DNA of 24,000 nucleotides from Mediterraneibacter agrestimuris (GTDB lineage Bacteria; Bacillota; Clostridia; Lachnospirales; Lachnospiraceae): NCBI RefSeq assembly GCF_943193195.1, contig NZ_CALPDG010000043.1, positions 1 to 24,000 of the forward strand, read 5' to 3'. Shown piece by piece: positions 23,808 to 24,000 of this stretch (position 1 is its first letter; each line of letters starts with the position of its first letter). The notes under the pieces were generated by a model. It saw only the letters and a program-made list of their open reading frames with translations, ran no database searches and was not told where the DNA came from. The position numbers and the translations under genes were made by a program.

Positions 23808-23978
23808 ATGTTAAAGAGCAGAAAAAGAGTTAAACAATGTGTTACAAGAGGCATTAATTGCCAAAAACTTGAAGAAGAGGATCTGAAAGATATTTATGGT
23901 AGCGGAAATAGTCAGATTAGGTATATATCTAATGAGTATATCCAGGCAAGAATTTTAAAAATGAGGGCAGGTGTTTAG
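23808..23978 (+). CDS. 56-aa peptide with a double-glycine-type leader: MLKSRKRVKQCVTRGINCQKLEEEDLKDIYGS/GNSQIRYISNEYIQARILKMRAGV
   Basis: SD AAGGAGG (23794-23800) precedes the start. L-x3-D-L-x2-I-x-G-S fits the L(-12), E/D(-8), L(-7), I(-4), G(-2), G/A/S(-1) consensus of double-glycine leaders. This gene is below the ORF-track cutoff. Confidence 0.55.
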   Translation: MLKSRKRVKQCVTRGINCQKLEEEDLKDIYGSGNSQIRYISNEYIQARILKMRAGV

Positions 23979-23979
23979 A

Positions 23980-24000
23980 ATGATGAATATATATGCGGGC
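23980..24000 (+). CDS. Start of an unidentified gene (MMNIYAG...), truncated by the window end
   Basis: The ATG lies 1 nt after the stop of the peptide gene. Only 7 codons are visible. Confidence 0.2.

Overview
This looks like a low-GC Firmicutes (Clostridia-like) accessory region built from IS remnants, decaying genes and peptide natural-product loci. From start to end, the window contains the following. (1) 1-153 is the 3' end of an ISL3 transposase gene. (2) About 941-8083 is a radical-SAM/SPASM RiPP-type operon. It opens with a tandem array of six 30-35 codon precursor genes, all below the size cutoff of the ORF track. These are followed by a small membrane protein, an ABC ATPase plus ABC-2 permease, the rSAM-SPASM maturase, a CPBP protease, an ABC exporter and an AgrB-like membrane protein. 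(3) 8393-9646 is an ECF-type sigma/anti-sigma pair that appears broken by frameshifts. (4) 9473-11483 (minus strand) is a higher-GC FIST sensor plus soluble MCP pair, followed by a 457-aa hypothetical gene. (5) 13260-17371 holds an IS66 remnant, an AAA-ATPase/PD-(D/E)xK gene, a secreted-protein gene disrupted by an 8-bp tandem duplication, and a frameshifted IS4-family transposase. (6) 18353-23606 is a class II lanthipeptide cluster with four precursor genes, two of which have Cys-free cores, plus one LanM, a small membrane protein and an FMN-reductase-fold flavoprotein. This suggests a bicereucin/carnolysin-like product containing D-amino acids. (7) 23808-23978 encodes a separate peptide with a double-glycine-type leader. 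The two most interesting items are the multi-copy rSAM precursor array, whose core I cannot place in any described family, and the mixed Cys-free/Cys-containing lanthipeptide set. All functional calls rest on motifs read by eye. No database search was possible.
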